Assembly (NCBI GenBank): GCA_004022145.1
Contig: RCNU01000015.1
DNA from: Paecilomyces variotii
Lineage: Eukaryota
Strand: one strand, 5' to 3'
DNA length: 64,000 nucleotides
The notes under the pieces were generated by a model. That model was not told the DNA's origin and searched no databases. It saw only the letters and a list, made by a program, of their open reading frames with translations. The translations under genes and the position numbers were made by a program. Positions 50,176 through 61,649 of this stretch are shown piece after piece; within the stretch, counting starts at the first letter, position 1; the number at the start of each line of letters is the position of its first letter.

Positions 50176-52962
50176 CTATGCGTACCGCTTAGACGGATCC
50201 GGTTTCTTGACTTCCATCGAAGTGAAACTGCAGTGAGCAATCGCAGAGCTTCTCTTGCAGTACGGCTGTCTAGCTGTCTCCCAGTCATCGATATTTTCCA
50301 TCTGGTGATCAACCGCATCTTCATTTCGATTCAACAAAGGATTGGAGGTTTCATCGGTCAAACTTTGATCATCCAACTCAGTCCTCTGCCATATCTCGTC
50401 TTCGCCAGAAGGATCCCCAAGTTGAACCTCGCCCCACATGACAGGCTTCAAAGCTGGATTTTGGTCCTCAGGGGGCGGATGACAAGCAGCGCTAATTGCA
50501 AGGCTACAGTTTCCAGCCAGTGGCACGCGCGTCGGAAATCTCCTCAGTCCAAGTCCCAATAATATCGCCAGCGCAAGCCCCGCTAAGGAGATGGTGAAAA
50601 TCATCGGCATAAGTGAGAGACCGCACGTGGAAATCGTTTTCGTCTTGTCGAGGACCCCGGATTGATCGTACTGGAGTATGCGCACGTAGAAAATACTTCG
50701 CGACAGCAACCAGTGCAAGACAGCTGATACAATCATAACCGGGATACTATATCTGTATGGCAGACTGAGGAAATATGTTGACCTTTGCACTCCCTCTGGT
50801 CGGGAGACGCGTAGTGGTTTCCGGTGGATCGAGTAACTGCAGTATTCTGCTGCACAGAGCATACGAGTGAGTAGTCTGTTGCTGAAGTAGTAGAGTAGGG
50901 ATAGAATAAGCTGTGGGCTGTTTGACAGGAGTATCATCGTGAGAAAGTTGTACGTATTCAGGTATCGGATGAGGGTTTCGGGTTGCGTTGTTCCAAATCC
51001 CAAGCTCCATAGTGTATGGATATCGTCCTTTTGGATGTAATCGAAAACTCCATCTCTACTAGTCTGGAAACAGATAAAGGCAGCCCATATACAGAGAGCA
51101 AAGCTGTGTAGAAGCGTTAACCGTCGGGTAATTTAACCTTCTTTCTAAAGATTCCAACTCACAAGAACAAAAATAAAGCCCATTCTCGTCGTCTTGTTGT
51201 CTGGAACCACCATTTGCGAGGCGGCAAAAACCCGAAGCGTACGACGTCAGATGGCTGACAGTCAGTCTCCTTAACGGCAGAGCCTGACCAAAGCTTTTGG
51301 AATACTGCCATCAGCAGCGTGCGTTTGGGCCTTGATTTAGAGCGGGATATAAAACGTTTCATTGCCCTCTGGTCCATCCAAGAGCAGCACAGCGTTGTGG
51401 AATCCGGCTTGTTGAGAAACGAAGCAATGGCGTCGCCGACGGTAAGCAGGAGCCCCGTCCTCTTTTGCCATACAGTAAAGAGTATGCAAAAAGTCTCGAT
51501 AACATTGCACGCGATAGCCACTATGCAGATTTGCCAACTGTACATGAGTCGACAACGTTCCTTCACTCTCTGACTCAGACAATGGTCGATCGGATACGGC
51601 TGATTCTGATACAGCTGTGCCGCTTCATATCCCGGGTTTTGTTCAGATGCACAGACCGAATTTGACTGCTGTACTGTTATTTGTGAAAGAAAAGATGGTC
51701 CATTTGATAGGGACAAATAATTCAACCCTAAATATGAATCATTGCCATTCAACACTGAAAATGAGTCGTTGCCAGGATCTGGAAACCATCCACTCATCGC
51801 AATACCTATGATCTGTATATTCTCTTGAACCCATTGCGGCAATGAGGGATCCTCGGCGGCAGTGGTATAGTTGTACCCAGAGAACCTGAATGATCCATTC
51901 CTCGCGGCCACCACCAAGCCCTGTTGAGCGAAAGGCAGGGCACTGACTGCCCAGTTATCACTATTGTTCAAGACGGACGATTTCTCGCAAAGATCGTTCT
52001 CATCTAATTCACTGCACATCCAGCTGAAAGCATCGCGAGTTCCATCCACACCCAGAGGTGGGTTGCCTACTCCTGCCCAGAGACCTGGTGCTCTGACTGA
52101 AGAATTATCTGTCACAAGCAAAAGAGTCCGTCGGTTCTTCAGAAAAGGAACACCGTATTCGTTGATACACGCTGACTTGTTCAGTATCTCAAAATCGTTC
52201 GCTTGATACATCTGCTGGATGTTGGAGACATTCGTCCCTACAAGGCTCTCAAAACAAGATTCAGAGGCTGTGGAAGAAGTACCGCTTGATATGTCTTGGG
52301 GAACCACAACGACTGCATATGCATTTGATGCCAGTGAAGAAAACACAGCTGAATTGTAACTGTCTCACCGAAATCGCAATGACTCAGCCATCTGTCGTGT
52401 TGGATTGTAGACCATGACAGGGGTAGACTCACAGCAAGTGGTAGGGAAACGAGGTCAGAAACAACAAAATCCAAAGCACTGTTCGTGTCCAGCCCATATA
52501 ACGTAGATTTCCGAGAGTTGGAGTCCCAATATCAAACCACCTCCGCTGCGCATGTGCTTGATCTACCTCTGCCCGGGAAGGCGCACTCAAATGCTGCATG
52601 CAGTAGTTGCTAGACGCCAAAACAGCCGTGGCCAAGGCGTTTATGAGGAATTTGAAACCAGTCAACCACCTCTGGACCCGTCCGCAATCACCTTCGTAGA
52701 CTGTTTCGCCGTCGAACGTCGCAGCGCGGGACGCGGCGACAGCAGTGAGAGCGACATTGAGTAACAGAACGACGACTGTCGCAGCCAAACAGAGAGATGC
52801 GCCTGAGGTCTCTCCCCTGTTCGTCTTGAGGCAAGACTGTTCATTATCGACCACCTTTCCGAATCTGTTTTCGGGAAGGACAGACAATCCCCTGACGTCT
52901 CCTCTGGAGCGCCAGGAACGCTTTTCGTATTCCCTTTTGACAGTCGCTAGAAACTCTGCCAT
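50176..52962 (-). CDS. Multi-pass membrane protein with DUF6536-like N-terminus
   Basis: Contains GDCGRV, LINALATAVLASSNYCMQHLSAPSRAEVDQAH…WFDIG, LTVGDAIASFL, SNSPQLILS, QRSTYFLSLPYRYSIP and CSLAISAACHP. Two introns near 52432-52361 and 51162-51105. Confidence 0.8.
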
Positions 52963-53705
52963 CTTTGTCAGTGTCACCAATATGTGCCCGAAGAGGTAGA
53001 CGCATTTGGGATCTCTATTCTCGTGTTATCTGTTCCTGGTGCCAGCCGCTAGCACATGCTTCAGCCAGCCCTGTTGGCTCAGGAATAGAAGGCTGGTCCA
53101 TACTGAATAGCGACGGATAGATTCGCAGAAGAATGAGAAAGATTTATATAAGTCCTTAGGTGGTAACTGCCCGGTAAGTTGTCACGGCGGGATTATCGCC
53201 AGCCTCGCAAGGCTGACAATGTCAACACATCAGCTGAAGAGGGGGTTCGTGGGAAAGGAAATGATCGCCAGCCATTTTCTGTCTTTCTTCTAAAATTAAA
53301 CTGATATTCCGCGCCCCTGTCCAGTGAACGAGTGATAGATATGCAGCGATCTACTGATACACTAACGTTAGTATTCCCATGTCCGTAATGCCTGTCTCTA
53401 GCCTCCCAACTATCTCCATGATGTTTACCTGGCAGATGATCAACAGCCTAGCAACTCAACCTTTTTGGTTACTTACTACATTCAACCTTCATTATCTGAC
53501 ATTTTCCTCCAACATCGCTCTATGCTTTATGGAAGATGTCTTTCCCCTCGCTTAGTCAACGTCGGGACCGCGCCGAAATTACTCGATGCGGAGTATCTAT
53601 GATAGTTAACTTGGGTATCCTGCAAAGTTAGATCATTAGGTCCCTTTTCTTTAATCCGTCTGTCATTCGCCCAGAACCGCACGTTCGAGATTCTTGGAGG
53701 CTCAA

Positions 53706-53762
53706 TTCTTTCTTTCTTTCTTTCTTTCTTTCTTTTTTATTTTTATTTCTTTTTTTTTTTTC
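53706..53762. repeat. (TTTC)n / poly(T) pyrimidine tract upstream of permease
   Basis: Visible tandem TTTC units followed by T runs. Confidence 0.85.
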
Positions 53763-54019
53763 CTGCAATTTACGAACCTTCTCTCGCCACTTTTCTTGTT
53801 CCGCGCTAACTATCCAAAAGTAGCTTGTCGGTGGGACCCGCGATCTGATCGCAATCACCGTGATAACTAATTAGCGGCAAACATTTTTCTTCTCATGTCG
53901 GTTTTCTTCCTCCTTGTCTTCGCTTTGCGCCGGTAGAGTTTTCCGCGAGGAAGGGAAAAACTCCTCGACGGTATTTCACATCCACCGCTGGAGCCGGTGT
54001 AAGAACTAAACCAGCAAGG

Positions 54020-56347
54020 ATGTCTTCAGACGCTGCGGTACATGATCGGGATGTCTTCCCCGCCGAGAGCGAGGGGACCAGAAGCCAAGTGGAGGCCAAT
54101 GATGACGCTGCGTTGCTGGTACGTAGAAGAGATCTATAGATCTGGATTTGACTTGCATGAACCATGAGTAATAATCAGTACGATAAAGCTAACGAGGTAA
54201 TATAGAGAACGATGGGCTACAAGCCAGTATGTATTTTGCGCAGACGGATCAGAAGCCGTCATGAGATTTCAGTGAGCAGCAACTGATGGACGATGAATGA
54301 TAGGTTCTCCGAAGAGCATATGGCTTTTTGGAAAACTTCTCGACAACTTTCGGTGTGAACATCTCTTATCATGACCAGTCCTCTACCAATGAGCTAGACT
54401 AACATCTCTGACCAGCGGCTTTGTACTTTGTTGGAGGTGTTAGGGTCACTTTCAGTACCGGTATTGCAGCGGGTGGTAACTTGGCATACTGGTAAGTCTG
54501 ACCAATTTGATGTCGAATCACAGCCGACTAAATCCCCTTCCAGGACGAGTTACCTGGTGACCATGGTCTTCACTTTCATCACTGCTGCCGTCATCGCAGA
54601 GGTGTGTTCTGCGTCTCCCTCAGCAGGTTCCATTTATCTGTGGGCTGCAGAGGCCGGAGGTCCCCGATTCGGAAGACTGCTGGGCTTCGTTGTCGCCTGG
54701 TGGAGTACTACTGCCTGGACAACGTTCTGTGCTAGTATGACATATGCCTCCCTCCTTCCTTCGCCCATATGATGTGCTGTATAATTAACTGGTTGCTGTA
54801 GGTAACACTCAGGCGGCTACTAATTATATGCTCTCGGTGAGTTGCATCATCCCTATCTTTTGGAAAGGGTTCTGACCGTGCAACACGCAGGAAATTAACG
54901 TCTTCAACCTCGACTTCCCGACTGACACGGACAATGTCAAGTTCCGTGCCGTCCAATGGATTGTTACCGAGGTGCTCCTGGCTCTGGCTGCGCTCATCAA
55001 CTTTATACCCCGTAAGTTGCCGTTCTATGACCATATCCGAGAGCAAGAATTCATAGTCTACTAGCGAAATATTTCCGCTGGGTCTTTTATATTTCTTCGG
55101 CCTTTGTTCTGCTCGACTTCGTGCTGAACATCATCTGGCTGCCCATCGCCGCTCACAACACATGGGGTTTCCGGACCGCTCATGAGGCGTTCATGACAAC
55201 GTATAACGGCACTGGAGCACCTGCTGGCTGGAACTGGTGTCTGTCGTACCTAGCGACTGCTGGAATCCTCATTGGATTCGATGCTTCTGGTCATGTGGCA
55301 GAGGAGACGAAGAACGCATCCATTTCAGCTGCCCGGGGTATCTTTTGGAGTACCGTCGTCAGTGGATTTGGTGGATTGGCTACTATTATCTTGTTCCTGT
55401 TCTGTGCGGTGCGTCTCTCCCCTGATCCCAAGACGGTAGATTTGGACCGATACTAACTGACAGACTCCAGCCTGATGCGGATACTCTCTTCAGCTACGGG
55501 GCACCGCAGCCATTTGTGCCTCTATATGCGGCGGTCCTGGGCCAGGGTGGGCATATCTTCATGAACATTGTTTGCATCATCGCTCTCTGGTTTGTAAGTA
55601 TTTCCCTTCTCAACACCTCATCAAAGCGCCTAGTGGTACTACCAGAAGCTCATCATACATCCAGAACACCGCCATTGCCATTGTTGCCTCGTCCCGTTTG
55701 GTCTTCGCCGTCGCCCGTGACGGCGTCCTCCCATTTTCTGGATGGGTCTCGCGCGTGTCATCTGCCGGCCAGCCACGCAATGCAGTGATAGTTGTGTGGT
55801 TTGTTGCTGCCGCTGTCACTTGCACTATCCTGCCATCCAGCACGGCTTTCACATCATTGATCTCCGCGGCGGGTGTCCCCTCGGCAGCCGCGTACGGACT
55901 CATCTGCCTCGGCCGGCTTCTCGCCACGCCTAAGCGATTTCCCAAGCCGAGATGGAGTCTAGGTCGATGGAGCAAGCCATTTCAGTTCATTGGCATTTTC
56001 TGGAACGCATGGGTCGTCGCAATATTATACTCGCCGTGGGAATTTCCCGTGACAGGTGCTAATTTGAACTGTACGTTTCGATATCCCATCACTTTTCATA
56101 TAAAAGATAAAAGCCAAGCAGCCGCTAACAACATACAGACGCACCTATCATCATGGCTGGAGTTACGATCTTTGCACTCATTTCCTACTTCATCGTGCCA
56201 GAGGATAAATGGTTGCCGGCGAACCGCATATCGCATTTCATCGACAGCAAGGGCGTCACCACAACGATCGAGGATGTTTCCTCTTCTGCGGAATATGACG
56301 AGCATGTCGACACCAACGTTGCGTCGAGCTCGAATAATGCCAAATGA
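54020..56347 (+). CDS. APC-superfamily amino acid/GABA/choline-type permease
   Basis: Contains MGYKP/VLRR, AEVCSASPSAGSIYLW, GFDASGHVAEET, SSRLVFAVARDG and GQPRNAV. About 10 introns, including 21-nt and 35-nt micro-exons. Confidence 0.88.
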
Positions 56348-57059
56348 TCAATAGGAAGCACGTCCTTGGTCATTTCATATACGGAAGAAAAAAGATAACT
56401 CGTATCTACTGGATTGGCAAAGCATACCGGATATATAATACTTGCATGATATATACAGAGATAGACGGCCGACACACTAGAATCGACTATCAAGTATCGA
56501 TTAATTGAAAAGTTCAATCTAATTCAAGCCTTAAATCATCTAAGAAAGAGCAGTCATATTGAACAACGAACTGGACCCTAGCATATGATATACAATAAAA
56601 AGCTCTCGAAAAGAATACCAACCAAATCTGCACCACTAGCCTTGTATAAAAACCAATCCCAACATGAATATACCACTTCGCTCACGCCACTAATGCCGGA
56701 GAAATATGACGCGGCCCCTGGGAGAATGATATGCGGGGGCCATTGCGCAATTCTCTAGTCCCCGATCTAAGCAGGGAAGTTTGACTATTCGTAACCTATT
56801 ACAATGTAACATCGTTCTTGTTAATGTCCATTAAGTTTGATCTGATATTCCTCTACTGCGGGGTCTTAACTCGCGTTCTTATAACTGAGCTCTAGTACAC
56901 GTACTCGAATTACCCGGGGCAGGTCTCTGGTGTTTTTCTTTTCCATCCTGGCAAAGTCCAGTCATTGAAATAACTTCTCATAACGCTATGATCATTCAAT
57001 TCCTATCATATTAGTCTATACCCTCAACATCACATAAAACAAGAGACTCCCTATCGACA

Positions 57060-58529
57060 ATGCCACCCAAAAACATCCTCCTCATGATCGCCGACGATCT
57101 GGGCCGCGCCCAAATGAGCTGCTACGGCAGCAAATCCGTCCAAACGCCCAATCTCGACGCACTCTCCGCATCAGCAACGCAATTCGACATGGCATTCACC
57201 AGCACCGCCTCCTGCAGCGGTAGTCGCACCGTCATCTACACTGGCCTCCACACCCACGAGAACGGCAGCTACGGACTCGTCAAAGAGAAGAATGGATTCC
57301 AAACTCTCCCCAACGTCGAGACCGCCCCCTGGCTCTTCAATGAATTAGGCTACTATACTGGTATTCTCGGCAAGGTACACGTTAGTCCGGATCATTTGTA
57401 TCCATGGCAGGTTCGACGGGAGAGTAGTTCCAGGAACGTGGCGGAGGTGGCGCGTCAAGCGGAGGAATTCTTCAACGAGGCGAAGAGAAGGAATAAATCG
57501 TTTTTTCTAACTATAGGCTATATCGATCCGCATCGAGCGTTGGGGTCTCGTGGTGGGTTTGGGAATGTTGATGGGAATTATGATCCCAGTCTTGACGATC
57601 GGATTTACACCCCCGATGAGGTCGAAGTGCCTGGTTTTCTGAGTGATTTACCAGAAGTTCGTCAAGAACTGGCAGAGTATTATCGGTCGATTCATCGGTT
57701 AGATCAGGGGATAGGACAGGTTCTGAAAGCGTTAGAGCGCAGCGATGCCGACAAGGATACACTCGTGTTATTCCTCAGTGATAATGGTCCGCCATTCATC
57801 AATTCCAAAACAACTCTATATGATGCTGGTGTACGACTGCCCTTTCTCCTACGCGTGCCTGGATCCGATTCGACCTCATCATCAGGAATCGTGAACTCCA
57901 ATATCATCTCGTACATCGATATCCTACCCACGTTCCTCGACTGGGCCGGACATGGAGACCGACCCATCGGTGACGGACACGCAGGACCACGTCGAGGACG
58001 ATCCCTCCTGCCTATCGTCCACAGCACAGAAATCCATCTCGACCGCTCTCACATCTTCGGCTCACACACCTTCCACGAAGTGACCAACTACTGGCCGACG
58101 CGATTCATGCGCACCCGTAAATACAAATACCATCGAAACGTATGTTGGAAACTCGACTTCCCCTTCGCAATGGACTTGTATGCTTCATTATCCTTCGAGG
58201 GGATGCGGAACTCAGGCACTCCCACGACACCAGCAATGATCGGTCCACGAACACTGAAGGATTATATCTGTCGTCCACCGGAAGAGTTGTACGATGTGGA
58301 GAATGATCCTGCTGAAGTACGGAATTTAGCCTCCGATCCAACGTATAAGGAGACGCTGTTGGAGATGCGTTCTGCTTTGGAAAAGTGGCAGGAAGAAACT
58401 GGGGATCTGTGGCTGTGGCGCGATGGGACGGCCGTTTTGCGGTATAGTGATTGGGGATATGAGCGGGAGGGTTTGCGCATTCCGGACCGGTTTGATTTTG
58501 ATGTAGAGAATCCAGGGAATAGGGAGTGA
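57060..58529 (+). CDS. Sulfatase, N-sulfoglucosamine sulfohydrolase (sulfamidase, SGSH)-like, intronless, no signal peptide
   Basis: Contains NILLMIADDLG, SCSGSR…TGLHTHENG, GKVHV, DPHR, FLSDNG and GSHTFHEVTNYWPTR…DFPFAMDLYAS, which parallel sulfamidase motifs. Confidence 0.88.
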   Translation: MPPKNILLMIADDLGRAQMSCYGSKSVQTPNLDALSASATQFDMAFTSTASCSGSRTVIYTGLHTHENGSYGLVKEKNGFQTLPNVETAPWLFNELGYYTGILGKVHVSPDHLYPWQVRRESSSRNVAEVARQAEEFFNEAKRRNKSFFLTIGYIDPHRALGSRGGFGNVDGNYDPSLDDRIYTPDEVEVPGFLSDLPEVRQELAEYYRSIHRLDQGIGQVLKALERSDADKDTLVLFLSDNGPPFINSKTTLYDAGVRLPFLLRVPGSDSTSSSGIVNSNIISYIDILPTFLDWAGHGDRPIGDGHAGPRRGRSLLPIVHSTEIHLDRSHIFGSHTFHEVTNYWPTRFMRTRKYKYHRNVCWKLDFPFAMDLYASLSFEGMRNSGTPTTPAMIGPRTLKDYICRPPEELYDVENDPAEVRNLASDPTYKETLLEMRSALEKWQEETGDLWLWRDGTAVLRYSDWGYEREGLRIPDRFDFDVENPGNRE

Positions 58530-58805
58530 TTGATTGCAGATACAATGAGTAATTCAGCAAGAATAGAGAAAGTAGATTAATAAAGACGAATTTTCTCCAT
58601 ATCATCTAGCGTGTATGTCTGTCTATCTATGTACATACAATATTCGTAAACGCAGTGGTATCCAGATGTAAACGTAATCGTAAGAAGTGGAAAGTCGCTG
58701 TAAAGAAAGAAAGAACGCTAAAGACGAGTAGACTTCAGATCTAACACAATCTAATCAGGAAGAGATGTTGCTGCTCATGCCAAATTAGATGCTTTTTCTC
58801 CCCCA

Positions 58806-60002
58806 TTATTCCGCCTTATCTTCATCCTTCCCCGGCCAGAGGATCTCTCCCCGATACACCGCGCGGATATGCGATATCCCAACCAGCAAATACACGACGA
58901 CAATCAAGACAGTTAGCACGCTGCAGGTGACTGCGATAGCGTTGCTTCCTAATTCTTTCCCAATCTCTATCGTGGCCAGGACGAAACCCGTGTTAGGGAA
59001 GATGAAGCTCCACCACGTCAAATGGAAGGTCAAGTCGTGGAGACAGGTGAGGATCGAGAGCACGGAGATACTGAAGAACCAGAAGCTCACGGCCCACAGG
59101 AAGACGGCAATGAAGACGGAGATGATACGGAGGACCTCAGCTGTCGGCACGTTGCTGGTTCCCGTCACGTAGTGCACTGGGAACTTCGATATCGCGACTT
59201 TTGCCATGCCAGACAGGGCGAGACCAGTGAAAGCTGGAGGTCCAACGGCGATGAACATCCCTGGACGAGTATCTGGGTCAGGAAAGCCTCCTGTCATCAA
59301 GCGACCGATATAGTTTGCGTACATGAGCAAGGCGACGATGAAGCCGAGGCCTTGGAATGCGGTGCCTGCAACAATGATGGGAATGGCCTGCGCGGGCGGC
59401 TGGTCCTCTGCAACGAGAGAGGCAATTGTTCCCGTTAGCATAACAGGGAACACGGGGACGATCCAGGCAGTTGTGAAAGATTGAAGGGTCACTGTACGAC
59501 CACTGAAGAGATGCCAGTACTGCAGAACAGCCACGAGGTAGGTCAGGGCTGTGTATATCCAGAAAAGCACGCGGACCACGACGGTCAGCCACGGCCCCGA
59601 GGAGGGGACACCATAGACTTGGATGTTGCTGATTATTGTAGCCAGAGTGAGCCAGAAGGTCCCAAAGAAGAGGGATTCTGTCGGATGCGTCAAGGACCGT
59701 TTAAAGGAGGATGGGGTACAAGCGAAGCGGTATATGAGACCGATGCTGATAGTGACGAAGAGGGCAAGGTTGAAAATAAAGACAATGACTCCTATAGTAG
59801 AAAGGCCCTTGAATTGATGCGGAGTGTTGTGAAGTAACAAGGCTAGGCCTCCTGTGCTCATCGTGATCATGTACCAACCCCAGGTTATATGGCGCAGGCG
59901 CTCACCCCAGGGACACCATAGTGGATTATCGAGGTCAGTACTCCCCATCTCCTTCGTTTTGACCGTGAACACTGCCTGGAGGATCTTCTCAGCTATCCAC
60001 AT
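58806..60002 (-). CDS. TDT/SLAC1-family transporter, Mae1-like C4-dicarboxylate (or sulfite) exporter
   Basis: Contains HITWGWYMITMSTGG, HPTESLFFGTFWL, AWIVPVFP, RPGMFIAVGPPAFT, WWSFIFPNTGF and ILWPGKDED. Confidence 0.9.
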   Translation of the reverse strand: MWIAEKILQAVFTVKTKEMGSTDLDNPLWCPWGERLRHITWGWYMITMSTGGLALLLHNTPHQFKGLSTIGVIVFIFNLALFVTISIGLIYRFACTPSSFKRSLTHPTESLFFGTFWLTLATIISNIQVYGVPSSGPWLTVVVRVLFWIYTALTYLVAVLQYWHLFSGRTVTLQSFTTAWIVPVFPVMLTGTIASLVAEDQPPAQAIPIIVAGTAFQGLGFIVALLMYANYIGRLMTGGFPDPDTRPGMFIAVGPPAFTGLALSGMAKVAISKFPVHYVTGTSNVPTAEVLRIISVFIAVFLWAVSFWFFSISVLSILTCLHDLTFHLTWWSFIFPNTGFVLATIEIGKELGSNAIAVTCSVLTVLIVVVYLLVGISHIRAVYRGEILWPGKDEDKAE

Positions 60003-61649
60003 TCGTCCGGCGATTAGTGGTGTCTTTAACAGCTTGGAAACCTTTAGAGAAGCGTCAGAATTGAATCTGTTCAGGAACAGAAATTAGAAGAACGAGCGAC
60101 ATGTTTCTTTTCGCGCATGAAGCAACGAAAGGGCCATGACCATTATTTCGAAGGTGAGAATTCACCTCACCACCGATGGAGTTAGAGCTGCTACGGTGTG
60201 TTGGTCAGCGGCTGCTGGACCAACGACGTGATCTGATGCTCGCCACGGCCCAGAATCAATTGTCGACATCGTCATCGTTGTTGGCAAGATTCCAGTTCCG
60301 GAAGATCGCGATAGCATCATGTTAGCTCAGCATCAAAGCCAATGGGCCGAGCCCTGTCCCTGTCTGTCACGAGAAATTCTCCATCTCGGGCAGAAAGCCG
60401 GGCTGCTACGTCCGATGGCGCAGAGGATAACATTCGCCCATGCAAAGAGCCCGGAAGTCAATTGGTGACTATTATTGTTCTCGGAGACTCAGCAGTGGCA
60501 TTGACTCGGCTTCATCGGTTCCCGAGAATTTCGGGACAGACACAGCTCATCGGCAAGCTGCTCTCGAATTCGGTTTCTAGAATGGTCCTACGATAGGTAG
60601 TTAGTTTCAATATGAGTGAGCACGGCTTTCTATCCGTCCAGGAGTATCAATACTCTTTGTTTTGACTGAGAGCATCGGATAGTCCCGACACATCATTCCA
60701 CCGCTGACGGTAAGGGACGGTGCCTGAACACTACCTATGTATGTATGTGCTGTCGTGTGATACACATCGACCAGAAGAATCATGAATAGTCTTCCAGACG
60801 GTGCTCACCAGCCCGTGACACAAAAGACCGCCAAATACGGCAGGGAGCTATCTCATGAAACGGAAGAATTGGCCTCCTTTGTGAATGGATACTAGTCTTC
60901 CCTTTTGGACGGAAATCTAAAAGGCCGTCTGGCGATCATTTGGCCGCGGATCTTCCGGTACTGTACTTATTCTGAACTATGCGTCTGGGGTACCCCGCAA
61001 ACCCATGTCCTCGCGGTGCTTGCAAGGCCTAGAAGCTGGGATAATTGGCTCCTCTCATGTTTCATATATCGCCGGACGATCCCACGTCGCAGCGATATTT
61101 TAAATGGTACAATGCGACAGTCGGTAGAGACGCTGTGACAGCCCGAATAAAAACAGTCGGAAAGTTCCATGGTATTCACAAGGTCCAACCGCGGTAGAGA
61201 GCGCCCCTTCACAGTTAAACATCTGCGAGAAAATCTGCATACGGGAAGCTCCTGGTCAGTCGGCTGTCTTAGGAATAGTTGCATGAGCTATATCGGACCA
61301 AGACAAGCACTTCGGAACAGATTTAAAGAAGGTACGGTATCCATCAGACATCTCGAATGGTTTAAATAATATCATCAAATGGCTCAAAAAATGGTATATT
61401 CTCGCTAAATAAGCAGATTCGATAAGCAAATGTATCCCACAGGACAATTTCCCAAATCTCAAAATGAAGTAATAACACAAAAAGATGAAATAATTTCCCC
61501 TCCCATGACCCGTCAGCATGCACACGTACTCATACATTATCCATAACTTCTTGAAATTTTTGTATTTTTGCAGTCCGAGGGCCACATGGCACTCGAAAGA
61601 CTGGTTAAAATGCAATCGAATGAAAACATCAGTACCGTTCACATAGATC

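Noticed and set aside
49702-50236. Short overlapping ORFs between the AMID-like and DUF6536-like genes
   Set aside because: No recognisable motifs or convincing splice structure, and they overlap the 3' end of the neighbouring gene.
3709-60002. Window-wide sulfur supercluster (cysB, sulfite oxidase, TsaC-like SDR, sulfatase, TDT)
   Set aside because: The genes are spread over 56 kb with many unrelated genes between them, and cysB sits in a housekeeping block. Coincidence is the simpler explanation.
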